A stretch of 64,000 bases of DNA, from NCBI GenBank assembly GCA_043228905.1, contig JBHGNT010000003.1, forward strand, positions 13,826,001-13,890,000, in the 5' to 3' direction. Made by a program: the position numbers and the translations under genes. Below the pieces are notes generated by a model. It searched no databases. It worked only from the letters and a program-made list of their open reading frames with translations, and was not told the DNA's origin. Shown piece after piece: positions 22,412 to 35,835 of this stretch. This stretch comes from Azolla caroliniana (Eukaryota > Plantae > Polypodiophyta). The number at the start of each line of letters is the position of its first letter. The first letter of the stretch is position 1.

Positions 22412-24204
22412 TATTATTAAGAGTCTATTACTAATAAATGGACCAAAGTAAAGTAAAAAGAAGGAAAATAGATTGGATAGAAAAACCCGTTCCACCCCCG
22501 AGTTATGATATAGACATAGACAACCTACCACCAACGTCCCATACCGCCGGATATTAGGATGACTAATACCTTGGAAGAGATAAACACGATCATCTAAGAC
22601 AACAACCTTCTGATGTAATGTCCTTATGAGGGTAGCTACGCCTCATATTTATACATTTTCCTAGGCCCCTTGATTAGATGTGCCTTTCTAAAAGGCTCTC
22701 CATTCATTGGTTGTCCAAATCATGATAGTGCATGCACGTTTCATTCCTTCTATCCAATCACATTAGTCCCTTCTTTAACATTAGTGAACATACCCTTCAC
22801 TTATGTAAATATTAGTGACTTACCCTCACCTACGTTATGTGTACATAACATACTCCCCTACTTCAAAAGATTGCACTCTTGCAATATAAAATGAGGAAAT
22901 TGTGCCTTAACAGTATGCTCATGTTTCCATGTGGCATCATCAATATGTTTATCCATCCATTTGATCTTGAATTGTCGAATCTCTTTAGAATGTAAATGTT
23001 TAGTACGAGAATCAAGAATTCATTCAGGAACATGTGGTTTGTGAGAAAAATCCTCTAATGTTATAAGATCTTGGATTGTGATGGTGTTATCACCAAAGCC
23101 TAAAAATGGTTTTAAACTGCTGACGTGAAAAACAGGATGAATACCAACGTTACGGGGTAAGACAAGGTGATAAGCACATGACCCAACTCTCTTAAGGATT
23201 TCAAATGGGCCACAATATCGTGGGGCTAACTTAGCACACTTGCTCGTAGACAATGATGTAGAGTCAGTCGGGACACACAAAAAAACTTTTTGACCAATAG
23301 TAAATACACGAGGACGTCTATCTTGATCAACATAAAATCAGCACAATCTTGAACTGTCTTGACATTGTCTTTGGCAATATACAACATTTGGTTCATGTCT
23401 TGCAAAAAATTGTGTGTACTGTCTAATGTATCATGATGAATCGTGACATCGACTAAGGCACGTGCTGAAAACCATACATAAACATAAAAGGACTATATCC
23501 AGTGGATGTATGTTTACAACTATTATAGGAAAATTCTAAGATAGGAAGGTATTGCTCCCACTTAGAAGGGGATTTTGCTATCCTCAATAATTTAATTAGC
23601 TCGTTCAGTTTGTCCATTAGACTGAGGATGATCTACAGAACTCATGTTCAACGTAGTTTCTAGCTTCTTAAAGACCTGAGTTCAAATTGAAATCTCGATC
23701 ACTAACAATATCCATCGGTAATCCATAAAAACAAAATAACTCATCAACAAATTGATAAGCCAATTGTTGAGTGGTTATCGTGGTTTTGGTAGGAATAAAT
23801 CTAGCCAATTTTGTTAGTCGATCAACGACAACCCAAATGGCATCATTACCCCTCTGTGTACGAGGTAAACTAACAATAAAATCCATCGAGATACTTTCAT
23901 ATTTGTTGTTGGGAATATCTAAGGGAGGTAAAAGACCAACAACTTTACGTCGTTCTGAACTATTAAGCTGACATTGTAAGCATTGAGTTACATTGTTGTT
24001 CCTATTTGTTGTTGGGAATATCTAAGGGAGGTAAAAGATCAACAACTTTACGTCGTTCTGAACTATTAAGCTGACATTGTAAGCATTGAGTTACATTGTT
24101 GTTCCTATTTGTTGTTGGGAATATCTAAGGGAGGTAAAAGACCAACAACTTTAAGTCGTTCTAATGTATTAAGCTGACATTGTAAGCATTGAGTTACATT
24201 GTTG
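22412..24204 (-). mobile_element. Chromovirus (Ty3/gypsy) integrase-chromodomain and 3' LTR (about 22412-22850)
   Basis: MDFIVSLPRTQRGNDAIWVVVDRLTK, KLAPRYCGPFEIL, FKIKWMDKHIDDATW chromodomain, PPT GTAGGGGAGTA. Confidence 0.9.
23901..24204. repeat. 103-bp x3 tandem repeat at the truncated end of the chromovirus integrase
   Basis: Units start at 23901, 24004 and 24107. Confidence 0.9.
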
Positions 24205-24459
24205 TAGTGTACTTTGTACACTACATAAAATATGTGTGGAGGACCTGATTGACTAAGTATAAAAGAATCCGGGAATCAATGTAATATGGGCCGGAAGTAA
24301 TACAAGTTTGAGTTTTAATTTAAGATTACGGTATCCCTTGTCTACTTGCCGTTCTATGCTTCCATTCTATATTTGACACGTGTTCTACTAAAGCGGTTGT
24401 GCATTACCCCAATCCAGAATGTATCGAGAATCAGTCGGATTACATCATTTCCTTAACCA

Positions 24460-25221
24460 CACCTGCAAATGAATTCGCGCCAAATTCCCATTTGTTGCAG
24501 ATAACTATTGAATTGGCCGGAAAAGTACTCTTTTCCACCATCCGACCACATGCACTTGATCTTCCTCCCTGTTTCCCTTTTGACAAGATTTTTGAGGTTC
24601 CGGAAACAGTCGAAGACTTCACTCTTCTTTTCAATGAGGTAGATCCATGTGTGCCGGGTGTAGTCGTCGATGAAGGAGACGAAATATCGACTCCCACCAA
24701 GACTCACGTTCTGTGCCGGTCCCCATACATCTTAATGTGTCAAGTTGAGCTTATTTCGGCTCTGATTACGCTGGTTGGGGAAAGGAAGCCAGTGTTACTT
24801 CCCTAGCTGCCAGGTTTCACAAATTTGGGCCTTTCGACCACTGAATTTCGGAAATCCGAACACAACTTGTTTCGATTGTAGGTATGAAGCCTTTGGTAGT
24901 TGCATGGCCTATCCGCTTATGCCACAAGTCGATATCCGACTTGACTTTTTTCCCTTTCGCAAACATGGAGGTGCCTACATCATTGGTGTCGAGGATGAAC
25001 ATCTTCCCATATTTGCGCCCTTGCGCAATAACTTGGCCTTCTTCCTCGATGAAGCACCCGAGATACGTGAACCGGACATGCATCCCCTGGTCGACAATCT
25101 GTCTGACCGACGTGTAGCACGTTTATTAGCTTCCCTTTTTTCCCGACGTGCCTGAGGGGAACTTCACCGACATGTACGATCAGATGCGGAGTGTCGTGTC
25201 CTGTTGCGACTACTCCAGGTT
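24460..25221 (-). mobile_element. Copia protease/integrase fragment of the copia 2 family
   Basis: YFVSFIDDYTRHTWIY, DIDLWHKRIGH; close match to about 16780-17560. Confidence 0.88.
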
Positions 25222-25488
25222 GTGTTGTTGGGGTGGGGGGTGAAGCCTAGAATGGCTTCACCCCCCTCCCAAGGGGGTTACAATGGGGAGAGAGCTAGAG
25301 AGAGAGACAAATAGGAAATGACACAAATGTGAGAGGGAGAAATTTGTATCTCCATTAGATGCCCCATAAGGGGTTTATATAATACATAATGTAAAGGTAA
25401 ATAATGACCGTTACAAAAGACACGACCATTACACTCTTTTCACATGCAAATAATTATGCATGTGCTCACACATATTCATCCTCACATA

Positions 25489-28400
25489 TGAAAAGAGAGA
25501 TGATGATAGAAAAGAGAGAGAAGAAAGATATAGAAACCCAAATCTACAAAGATATATTAATAAGGAGTGATGATCATAGAAACAAGAGAAAGAAGATACA
25601 TAAACTCAAGCCTACAAGGATGAATTGATCACTAGAAAAAACGCACTACATGAATAGGCAAGAAAAACACCACAAGAAAAAAGCTCCCCTCACCACCTCA
25701 CTCTTCTTGCTTTATATGAAGTTCTCCTCTAGTAGATAATTTTCGCTTGCTTTCTTTTCCACGCTTTTTTTACAGCTTTTCCATCTCCTATTCTTAGCTA
25801 TGATACAACGATCTTCTAATCGTCATATCTCCCTCGTAGAAGCTCTAAATTTAGAGCTTTAAAAACCTATGGATAGCTCTCTTCACAAACTTTCCAACCC
25901 ATATTTACACATTATATTTGGCTTCCAAACGAATGAGTTATGAGCGTTCGTTGTAGACTGCATTTTGGTGCCCGCTTTTTTCTTCTTTTACTTTTCTCCA
26001 CGTGACTTGCTTTTTGTTTGACTTATCCTCAAGACCTTAGCTCGTGATCTTGCCTTCCGGATGTGAACGCACCATACCTTATATTCTTGTAGACTTCAAT
26101 ACCTTGAATTCTAAAAACACTTTCACATTTAGCCCTCCCCCTTGCTTTTTTGTGAACCATTTATGGTGAACCCTAAGCTACTAATAAAACTAAAGGTTCT
26201 CCTTCGCCTTATTCATGGCTATAGACAAAGAAGGAGAAAATAAATAGAAAAGAAACAAACTATGTGAGTAAAACCCCCGCTAGTCGATAGGAAAAACCTC
26301 ACACTTCTAAACACACACACATACACATTGACAATTGCCATCACCATCTTTCTCCTTGTCAACACAAAGAAAGAGGTTACAACAATTAGTATATCTTCAT
26401 CAACTTTCCAAACAGAAGTAGGTCTATGTGATACATAACTCTTGATAGAAGTAAGCATGTTAACATATGAATAAATCTTTCGAGCGAGCGAACCTTTTGT
26501 ACAAATACCTTCAAAGCTTCGAGACTTGTCAGAATTGTCATATTTTGAATTATGTCAATCTTTGCTTCATCAACATGACTTTCTTCTTGGCACACCACAT
26601 TCTCCACATTACCTTGTTTTTTATGTATGACCATTTCATCTAGAATCTCATCTCGAAAAGGAAGCAAAAATAAATCTCGTTTGGTTGAATCATTCAAGGA
26701 TTGGAAGTTGACGTCTTTCTCCTTTGGAACAACCACAATAAGTGAGACAAACTTCAAATTCTCCAACTTGATGTGGTGCTTGATGCCTTCTACTCTTATC
26801 TGTGAATACTCATTTATGAATAACTTTGTAAACTTAAAAAAGAGAGAAATAAACCTTAGATCCTCTTCTCCTTGGACATCGTTTGAAATCATCTTCTTTT
26901 TCCCCTTTAGGGTGATAATACTTTTCTCTTCAATGACTTCTTCTTCCTCCTTAGACACCATGTGGAATGATTTGTTTTCCCTATCCCACGAATATTCATC
27001 AATTGTTATGCTTTCCTCTTCTTGCTTGCCAATGTCGATAGATGATTCCTTCTCCTTTATACATTTGATTAGTTGTGGTGGATCCTTTGATGGTGATAAG
27101 TTAATGATACTCCAATCATGCATTACAAGTAAATCTCTTGGCTCTTGGTCAAATTGTTGTTGAAGAGTTGATGCCCACATAACTTTGTTGCTACTCAATG
27201 CAAATCCAAAACATAAATCATGCACGAACACCTTCATACACTGCAACTTGGTACTTACCAATGCTTCCTTACACGCATTGATCTCCAAAAGCCAATCTCC
27301 AGCTATCACTTCTAGGTTACCTTCTTCATCTTGCAACTTCGTTGTGGGTACTTCACCATCAACAACTTCTTTTGTCATATCTTCCATTTCATCTTGCACA
27401 TATTCATCATCAACTACCATATCACTTGTTGTATCAATAATGTCCTCAACATGATGTACATTGGCATCACCATCCATAACATCGCTTCTCATAACTATCT
27501 CCTTAGATTCGTCTTTCACATCATCATTCTTTATATCATGGTTGTCCTCATGAACTAGATGGGGGGACTCCACATTCATCACCTCTTCTTCATTGTCTCT
27601 GGAATCACCTTCATAGACATCATTATAACTCCAAAAATTAGAATAATGATATGAGGGAACATGTTGAATCGGACATTGCAAGTAGGCTGGTTGTTGGCTC
27701 ATGACCGATCCACAATTATTATAGCTTGGATTTATGGTATATGACGCCGATAATCCATATGCTTCACCGAATAACAACTTCTTCAATTGTTGATCATAAC
27801 TTTGACATACTCGAAGCAAATCATGAAAAGACCTTGGGTACTTCATATGCACTTCATATTGAAAATATGGATCTAGCCCTGCTTTGAATCTTTCCATCTT
27901 GAAGTATACATCTTCAACGCCTCCAACAAGTCCAATCCAAGTGGACCATATATCCAAAAACGTCTTCTCATACTCGAGGTAGCACATTGGTGAAACCATA
28001 CGCAATTGGAAAAGTTCTCTTCGTAGATCTGTCGCATCGCGAACTCCATATCGTGCCATTAGTTTGATGATGAATCGGTAGATCCAACCATCAATTAGTG
28101 GACAACCGTTCCTCCCGTTATACAGAAAGGATCGGCCCTCCTTGGAGCGCCAAAAATGAAAAGAGAGATGATGATAGAAAAGAGAGAGAAGAAAGATATA
28201 GAAACCCAAATCTACAAAGATATATTAATAAGGAGTGATGATCATAGAAACAAGAGAAAGAAGATACATAAACTCAAGCCTACAAGGATGAATTGATCAC
28301 TAGAAAAAACGCACTACATGAATAGGCAAGAAAAACACCACAAGAAAAAAGCTCCCCTCACCACCTCACTCTTCTTGCTTTATATGAAGTTCTCCTCTAG

Positions 28401-28795
28401 TAGATAATTTTCGCTTGCTTTCTTTTCCACGCTTTTTTTACAGCTTTTCCATCTCCTATTCTTAGCTATGATACAACGATCTTCTAATCGTCATATCTCC
28501 CTCGTAGAAGCTCTAAATTTAGAGCTTTAAAAACCTATGGATAGCTCTCTTCACAAACTTTCCAACCAATATTTACACATTATATTTGGCTTCCAAACGA
28601 ATGAGTTATGAGCATTCGTTGTAGACTGCATTTTGGTGCCCGCTTTTTTCTTCTTTTACTTTTCTCCACGTGACTTGCTTTTTGTTTGACTTATCCTCAA
28701 GTCCTTAGCTCGTGATCTTGCCTTCCGGATGTGAACGCACCATACCTTATATTCTTGTAGACTTCAATACCTTGAATTCTAAAAACACTTTCACA
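25489..28795 (-). mobile_element. Young gag-only LTR retrotransposon (TR-GAG type): LTRs 25489-26127 and 28157-28795, TSD ACATA
   Basis: 639-bp LTRs in which I noticed three differences; perfect 5-bp TSD; PBS TGGCGCTCCAAGGAGGG; PPT AAGGGGGAGGGC. Confidence 0.93.
26386..28059 (-). CDS. Gag-like protein with long acidic extension (557 aa from first ATG), no pol
   Basis: Gag-core-like YEKTFLDIW...KMERFKAGLDPYFQYEVHMKYPRSFHDLLRVC; uninterrupted ORF. Confidence 0.75.
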   Translation of the reverse strand: MARYGVRDATDLRRELFQLRMVSPMCYLEYEKTFLDIWSTWIGLVGGVEDVYFKMERFKAGLDPYFQYEVHMKYPRSFHDLLRVCQSYDQQLKKLLFGEAYGLSASYTINPSYNNCGSVMSQQPAYLQCPIQHVPSYHYSNFWSYNDVYEGDSRDNEEEVMNVESPHLVHEDNHDIKNDDVKDESKEIVMRSDVMDGDANVHHVEDIIDTTSDMVVDDEYVQDEMEDMTKEVVDGEVPTTKLQDEEGNLEVIAGDWLLEINACKEALVSTKLQCMKVFVHDLCFGFALSSNKVMWASTLQQQFDQEPRDLLVMHDWSIINLSPSKDPPQLIKCIKEKESSIDIGKQEEESITIDEYSWDRENKSFHMVSKEEEEVIEEKSIITLKGKKKMISNDVQGEEDLRFISLFFKFTKLFINEYSQIRVEGIKHHIKLENLKFVSLIVVVPKEKDVNFQSLNDSTKRDLFLLPFRDEILDEMVIHKKQGNVENVVCQEESHVDEAKIDIIQNMTILTSLEALKVFVQKVRSLERFIHMLTCLLLSRVMYHIDLLLFGKLMKIY

Positions 28796-30511
28796 ACATA
28801 CTCATTTACTTTACACATACACATCATTGCACATACCCTTATGCCTCCTTGTATATTCTTACGGGTAACAAATGGCACGCCTGTGGGACAATGCATTGCA
28901 TGGCAACTCTTCTCGACCTGAACTCCATCGGTCGTCTCAACGGTCGGAAATCCCTCGACCGGATCACTGCTCTACGATCGATAACTTCGATCAGAGCTTT
29001 GCTTGACTCGAACCTTCTCGTTCGATCAACACAAGTGGTGATTGGATCATACACCAATCAACTAGTTCAATGTGGCATGGGCGTGAAATCGTGTTGTGCA
29101 TTTGTGTATTCTTTCTTTCATCATGTGAAGTGAGTTTTATATTTTTTACCCTTTGGTCTTTAAAATTTTTACCCTCAAATTTTTTGAAATTTTATTTTCG
29201 GTCCTTGTGTTTTCGAAATTCTACATTCTGCCCTCAAAATTTTGAAATCTCATGTCATGCCCTTGAGCTTTTGAAATTTCATCTTCTCTGACCTTATGTT
29301 TATTGAATGCCCCTCTCTTCTTGCTTCCATTCATATTCTCGCCTTTCACTTCTAGCGGATTGCGGCGGCAGCGGCAACGATAGCAGTCTTCCTCATAGTG
29401 AATCCCGAGAAGCACATGATTGTCACCACCATATGATCATCACTACCATTATTATCATCATCATGGGCACTCTACTCATGGACACCATATCCCTCCTCTG
29501 ACTGAAGCATCATGCAAGACCTCTATAGTCGACTCGAACGAGAAGGCTGGATTCAAGAGCATCCACGCCGATTTAATCACCCTCATGAACCCCTTACTCC
29601 TTGCACAATCAGACATGTCGATGATTCTAGGTCCTTGGTGCTTCCATGGCAGCAGTGTGAGTCCTTGCTGCTCTCATGGGGTTGTATCTCCTTGCTCACA
29701 TGGAGTAGACGGTTCAGCTTCTCCATCATCACGGAAGCTTTCGACTCAAGGAAGCCGGAAACGTCTTGTTGCCCTTCTGCAAGTTCTCAGGCGTCATTTC
29801 CCTGCATGTTTCGTGCTCCTTGAACCACGCTCTCTTCATTTCCTTGGGCCCCTGGGACATCAGAGAAGCATGTAGTGATGAAAAAATCTCATACTCCGAG
29901 AAGAGGACCTCACAACAGAGCGATTGGAGGATGAGCTTGCAGAGAGCGGCCCGTGTACGTTGGTCCATCTTCTTCCATCGATCATTCAGCTTATTGCTTT
30001 TGCTTGTTCTTCTCTGCTACCATGTCTGCTGCTACCTCTTTCTTCTCCTTCTCCACGGATTTTCTTCTCACTTGCTCTTTTGGATCTTGACCAAGTTATC
30101 CTCACGTTCACCATGAGCTCATAACATCAATAGAGACCTTGTACCCCTTCGAACGGACCTCAATGTGGGCAATAGGGCGCAAAGACATGGCTATAGACAG
30201 ATAGAGAGGGAGAGTGACTTTTTCTCAAGGGATCGTGATGAGGAGGGTAGGAGCTTCATGCACCATGGCCATGGACGTCTTTGCTTGACTGTAGTTTTTG
30301 CTTGCAACAACACACACCACCACACCGAGGCATACACGCAAATACAAACAATAGAGAAGGTATAGAGAGGGAGATAGAAATAGAGAGATACTTCCCTCTC
30401 AAGGGAGGGTCGATGAGTTAGGGGAGAGCGACGGAGAGAGAGACAAATAGGAAATGACACAAATGTGAGAGGGAGAAAATTGTATCTCCATTAGATGCCC
30501 CATAAGGGGTT

Positions 30512-33500
30512 CCCTTGCATCGATTATCTTGCCGGCAAGAAAAACCGAACCTCCTTCTAGTCGAGACCACCGATGAGACGGAATGCACCATTGGAGTTGG
30601 TGCATACCTCAAGTGGACACGAAGTCACATGCCGGATCGCAGTACTTCGTGACGTTCATAGATGACCATAGTCGGAAGTTGTGGGTCTCACCGTTGAAGA
30701 CGAAGGATTAGGTGCTATCCGTCTTCAAGGAACTCCACGTGAGAGTGGAAAGAGAAACCGGCCGGAAGCTAAAGGTGGTTCAAGTAGATAATGGAGGAGA
30801 ATACTAGGGGCAGTTCGCGGAGTACTGCCGGTCGAAGGGAATTCAGCTCGAATTTACCATTGTCGAGGTTATCCTCGCGGATGCGTAGAAGTTGGGCAGG
30901 ACCACGGGGGTCTCGAACCAAGGAATCAGGAAAGGGAGGAGGGAGGAGTTTGGAGACCACGTAGGTCTTGAGATCATGGGAGAGCGGGTAAGTCTAGCAA
31001 ACAAGAGAGAGTAAGAGAGTCACGCGTAGACACAGACACGGACCAAGACACTGAGACCAAAGTATGTTAGGTAGAAAAAGTTCTATTAAAACATAGGTGC
31101 ATGGTGCTATGAGTGGTTACAGCCGGATCAGAGCCGGTGATGGAGCACGGAGCTTGGCAAATAGCCAAGTACAAAGAGACGTTGGTGTGCAGAAGGTCGA
31201 TCCCCAGGTCGGGAGCACTCGGGCGTTTGACACGAGCAAGGGGAAGCACCTTCTTCCGCGGTCAGTCCTCGGTCTTTCTCTGTGTATCCTTTCCCCTAGA
31301 TGGCATCACGAAGACAGTCAAAGGTCGCCCCTTTTATAGCACAAGGAGCGACCATTACAAGCATTCATGACCCATCACTTATTTTTCCTAGATTCTCTCC
31401 TCGTAATTCTCCCTACTTATGCAATGTCTATATCTTCTTTAATGCTCTAACTACCTAGTACCCCTCCTTATACTCATGCCTAGTACTTATCCTATTTAAT
31501 TCCCTCGAGGCGTGCACTCATGTATACCTGTGTTCCTGTGTGTTTCACCTTGTTTCCGCTTATGGCCCGGAATCTTCACGACACCGTGCTGAAGACGCCA
31601 GAACTAAACGGGCTGGCCGAAAGGATGAACCGGACCATATTGGAGAGAGTCTTGAGCATGCTTGCACATGCCAAGTTACCCAAGACGTTTTGGGTTGAGG
31701 CATTGACGAAGACGACCTACGTGATAAATAGATCACCCTCAGTACCCTTGGGAGGAGACTCACCTCAGAAAGCATGGACCGGCAAAGATGTATCTTACCG
31801 GCATCTGAAGGTGTTCGGGTGTCTCGCATACGTGCATGTGGTGAAGGACAAGAGAGCAAAGCTAGATTCGAAGTCCCCATCATGGATATTCCTTGGATAC
31901 GGTGACAATGAGTTTGGTTACCGGGTGTGGGATCTGGTCGACAAGAAGGTGTTCCGGAGTCGGGACATAGTCTTCATGGAAGACAGGACCATTGCCGTAT
32001 GGGAGTCGGAGAAGAAGATGATGAACTCCAGATCATCCAATGAAAACCGGCTTGGACACAAGGATATACCCGGTTGAAAACCGGATGACACTGGACGAAC
32101 CAGCCGGATACGAACAAGAAACCGAACTGACCGAAGAAGAAGAAGAAGAAGACACCGGAATTGGACAAGATCCCGAATTGGATTCGGATTCGGAACAAAT
32201 GGAAGAACCGGTAGTAAAAAACCAAGGACAAAGATATCCTCTCAGAGAGAGAAGAGCCCCTCAGAGATTTCCGGATGCAGAGCACGTGTTGCTAACTGAT
32301 GAGGGGGAGCCGGAAAGCTTCGAAGAAGCAAAGAGAGACACCCACATCCGCAAGTGGTTGAGTGTCATGCAAGATGAGATGGATTCCCTACATGAGAACC
32401 ACATGTATGAACTGACAGAGTTGCCGAAAGGAAAGAGGGCACTCTGGAACAAGTGGGTGTACAAGCTGAAACCGGAAGATGCCGGAAATCCACCGATATA
32501 CAAAGCTCGGATCGTGGTGAAGGGGTTCCTGTAGAAGAAAGGAGTGGGTATCGATGAGATCTTTTCCCCGGTAGTAAAGATGACATCCATCCGGACGGTA
32601 TTGGGCATAGCGGCAAGCATGGACCTCGAGGTAGAGCAACTGGACATCAAGATGACATTCCTACATGGCGACCTCGAAGAAGAGATCTACATGCATCAAC
32701 CAGAAGGATTTGAGAAGAAAGGTAAGGAGCACCTGGTGTGCCGGTTGAGGAAGAGCCTATACGGACTGAAGCAAGCTCCCCGGCAATGGTACCGGAAGTT
32801 CGACTCCTTCATGACCGACCAAGGGTACCACAAGACATAGGCCGATCACTGCGTGTTTGTGACGAAATTTGATGGAGGAGGTATCTTGATACTCCTCCTA
32901 TATGTGGATGATATGTTGATCGTCAGACGAGACCAAGGCATGATTTAGATGTTGAAGAAAGCTCTGAACCGGACCTTATCAATGAAAGACTTGGGGCCGG
33001 CAAGACAGATATTGGGAATGCACATCATCAGGGACCGGTCGAAGAAGCTGTTGTAGTTGTCACAGAAGAAGTACGTGACAAAGGTGCTTTAAAGGTTCAA
33101 CATGTCGGAGGTAAAACTGCAAGCTGTCTAGAAAACAAAGCCCGAGGACAAAGACGGAGAAGACGGATATGATGAAGATTCCATATGCCTCCGCCGTTAG
33201 AAGCTTGATGTACGCGATGGTATGTACCCGACCGGATATCGGATATGCAGTCAGAGTGATGAGCCGGTTCATGAGCAATCCCGGAAGAGAGCATTGGAAC
33301 GCGGTCAAGTGGATACTCCAGTATTTGAAAGGCCCCTCAAGTATGTGCCTCTGGTTCGGCTCCGGTAATCCCCAACTTGATGGATTCACGGATTCGGATA
33401 TGTCGGCTGATGCGGATACCAGGCGGTCTACGTCCGGATATGTCATGACTTATGCAGGGGGAGCTGTTTCATGGCAGTCGAGGCTGCAGAAGATGGTTGC

Positions 33501-34369
33501 GTTGTCAACCACGGAGGCAAAGTACATGGCAGCTGTAGAAGCCGACAAGGAGATAATCTGGATGAAGGACTTCATCGAAGAGCTAGGGATCCAATAGGAG
33601 GAATACCGGCTCTACTGTGACAGTCAAAGTGCAATTTACCTTGCAAAGAATGTGGCCTACCATTCCCGGATGAAACATATCCAGCGGAGGTACCACTGGA
33701 TCCCGGAGAGAGTAGAAAATCAAGAGTTAGTGGTGACGAAGATCCACACGGAGGAGAACGGGTTGGATATGCTAACCAAGATGTTGACAACCGACAAGTT
33801 GGACGCGTACGGAAAGCCGATCGAGCTAATGAGACATCCCATGCCAGAGTGAAGGGGGAGATTGTTGGGAAATCGGTCCCTCTGGATAGGATCCGGTGAT
33901 GAATGAAGAGGACCCGGTGAGAACCGGAAGAGAGGACATATTTGTAAATATGTTTTGAGTAAGCCTATTGAGGCTATATCTATAAATAGCCCTAAGTTCA
34001 TATAAGTATAAATATGACTTGGGGCAATCACTTAGTATTGTGCATAGTGTTGTTGTCATACAGTTGTAACTGTTGTACAGAGAGCGACAAAGAGAGAGAG
34101 TGTGTGAGATATAGAGCGATACTCTGTTGTAACTGCCAGTTGGCGAAGATACAGAGGTCAAGGTCGTTGCCTTTGAGGCTCTGAATGTATCTTTCTCATA
34201 TAGTGATAGTTTGGAGTCTGTGGCCTCCCATGGTTTTTCCCTATTAGGGTTTTCCACATAAACATCCTGTGTATTTCCTTGTGTACTCTCCATTTCCCTT
34301 TTCGGTGTTTCATTCTCATAGAAGTGATTCAAGACTCGGTTGTGGCCAAGCAATATTCCTCTACCAACG
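30512..34369 (+). mobile_element. 5'-truncated copia element 3 (IN-RT-RH, 3' LTR 33863-34369)
   Basis: TPELNGLAERMNRT, LYGLKQAPRQWY, SRFMSNPGREHW; PPT GAAGGGGGAGAT; same family as copia 1 and 4. Confidence 0.93.
30861..31583 (-). mobile_element. Solo LTR related to the 12168/14829 LTRs, inserted in copia 3 integrase; apparent 4-bp TSD CCAT/CCGT
   Basis: TGTCG...CACGACA termini; removing it and one TSD copy restores the EFT(M/V)xKTPE integrase frame. Confidence 0.85.
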
Positions 34370-35160
34370 CACGAGTAGGTGGAAACCTGGAAGATTTTGG
34401 TGGATTTCCAAGTCTCATTACCTTTGACAGGATTACTAAAGTTAGTACCCTGTTTTACAGAAAAGGTGGCAACTCTTATTGCACAAAAAGATGTACAGCA
34501 AGTATCAGTCAATTATAGTCATCCAAGCAATGGTCTAACAGTCATGGATGAACAAAGTCCTTCAATAAAAGTGATAATTCGGGGTCAAGAAGTAGCAGGG
34601 ACTATCGTCGACGGTGGGTCAGGGGTCAATGTCATCAACGAGATCACCTGTGATAAGCTTGGAATTACCAAATGGGATGTGTGTCCTTTTTTATTACGGA
34701 TGGTCGACATAAGCACAGTTTGGACACTCGGGTTAATCCGACAATTGGATGTCATTCTCGGGGGACATACTTTTCAAATATCAACAATAGTGCTTCATAT
34801 GAATGCTCCTAGAGTATATCCATTACTGTTTGACCGACCATGGTTAAAAATGGCTAATATTAAGCAAAATTGAACAAGAATGTGCTAACATTCAGCAAGG
34901 GCAAAACTAAAATTCGGATATCAAATCAAGACAAAGTCAGTACGGCTCATCAATGTCTACCAGTCCATGCAGAATCAGTCAATATGATGGAAGGACTAGA
35001 TGAAGCAGAGGAAGATGAATATTTTAATGACAACCCAAAGATCATTCCACTTGTTGAAATTGACATTTTGCAAACATGCACTACTTATATAGAAGACAAG
35101 GAAGATGAAATTCAAGTGGATGAGCGGACATTAAAGGAGATTCGACTACAGTAGGAGGCC
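34370..35160 (+). mobile_element. Gypsy aspartic protease fragment
   Basis: IVDGGSGVNVIN...YPLLFDRPWL. Confidence 0.8.
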
Positions 35161-35310
35161 ATAGAAAAGGAAATGAAGGTGTCCCAAAGAGTACAAGAAT
35201 CTTCTCTTTCTTGAATCCTTTTCCTTGTACTTCAACTATTTTCCCAAGCTGGGCCTCAATAGCCTCCATCTTCATTCTCCAATTCTATTTTTCTTTTTCA
35301 ATCTCCTCCA

Positions 35311-35835
35311 TTGTAGTCTTAGACAATTAGCCACATCATCCTAAGCGATGGATTGGACCTGTTCATTGGTGTATAAGAGTAGGAAATTCTCACATAGAAG
35401 GCTAAGAGACTTCCCCTTACGATTGTAGGAGTCGGTATTGGCTTGGAGAGGGTGACAAGAACTGCACGCTCCGTATACGCAACGCTTGTAGTCTTAGACA
35501 ATTAGCCACATCATCCTAAGCGATGGATTGGACCTGTTCATTGGTGTATAAGAGTAGGAAATTCTCACACAGAAGGCTAAGAGACTTCCCCTTACGATTG
35601 TAGGAGTTGGTATTGGCTTGGAGAGGGTGACAAGAACTGCACGCTCCGTATACGCAACGCTTGTAGTCTTAGACAATTAGCCACATCATCCTAAGCGATG
35701 GATTGGACCTATTCATTGGTGTATAAGAGTAGGAAATTCTCACACAGAAGGCTAAGAGACTTCCCCTTACAATTGTAGGAGTCGGTATTGGCTTGGAGAG
35801 GGTGACAAGAACTGCACGCTCCGTATACGCAATGC
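35311..35835. repeat. 175-bp x3 tandem repeat spanning the copia 4 LTR terminus
   Basis: Units at 35311, 35486 and 35661, each ending with about 35 bp of LTR end. Confidence 0.93.

Larger units (their letters stand above)
25222..30511 (+). mobile_element. Non-autonomous LTR element, possibly Tat-like (5' LTR about 25222-28870 split by a nested element; tRNA-Arg-like PBS 28873; partial 3' LTR about 30170-30511)
   Basis: ...GGTAACA AA TGGCACGCCTGTGGGAC; direct repeat 25295-25373 versus 30433-30511; no gag/pol between them. Confidence 0.55.
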
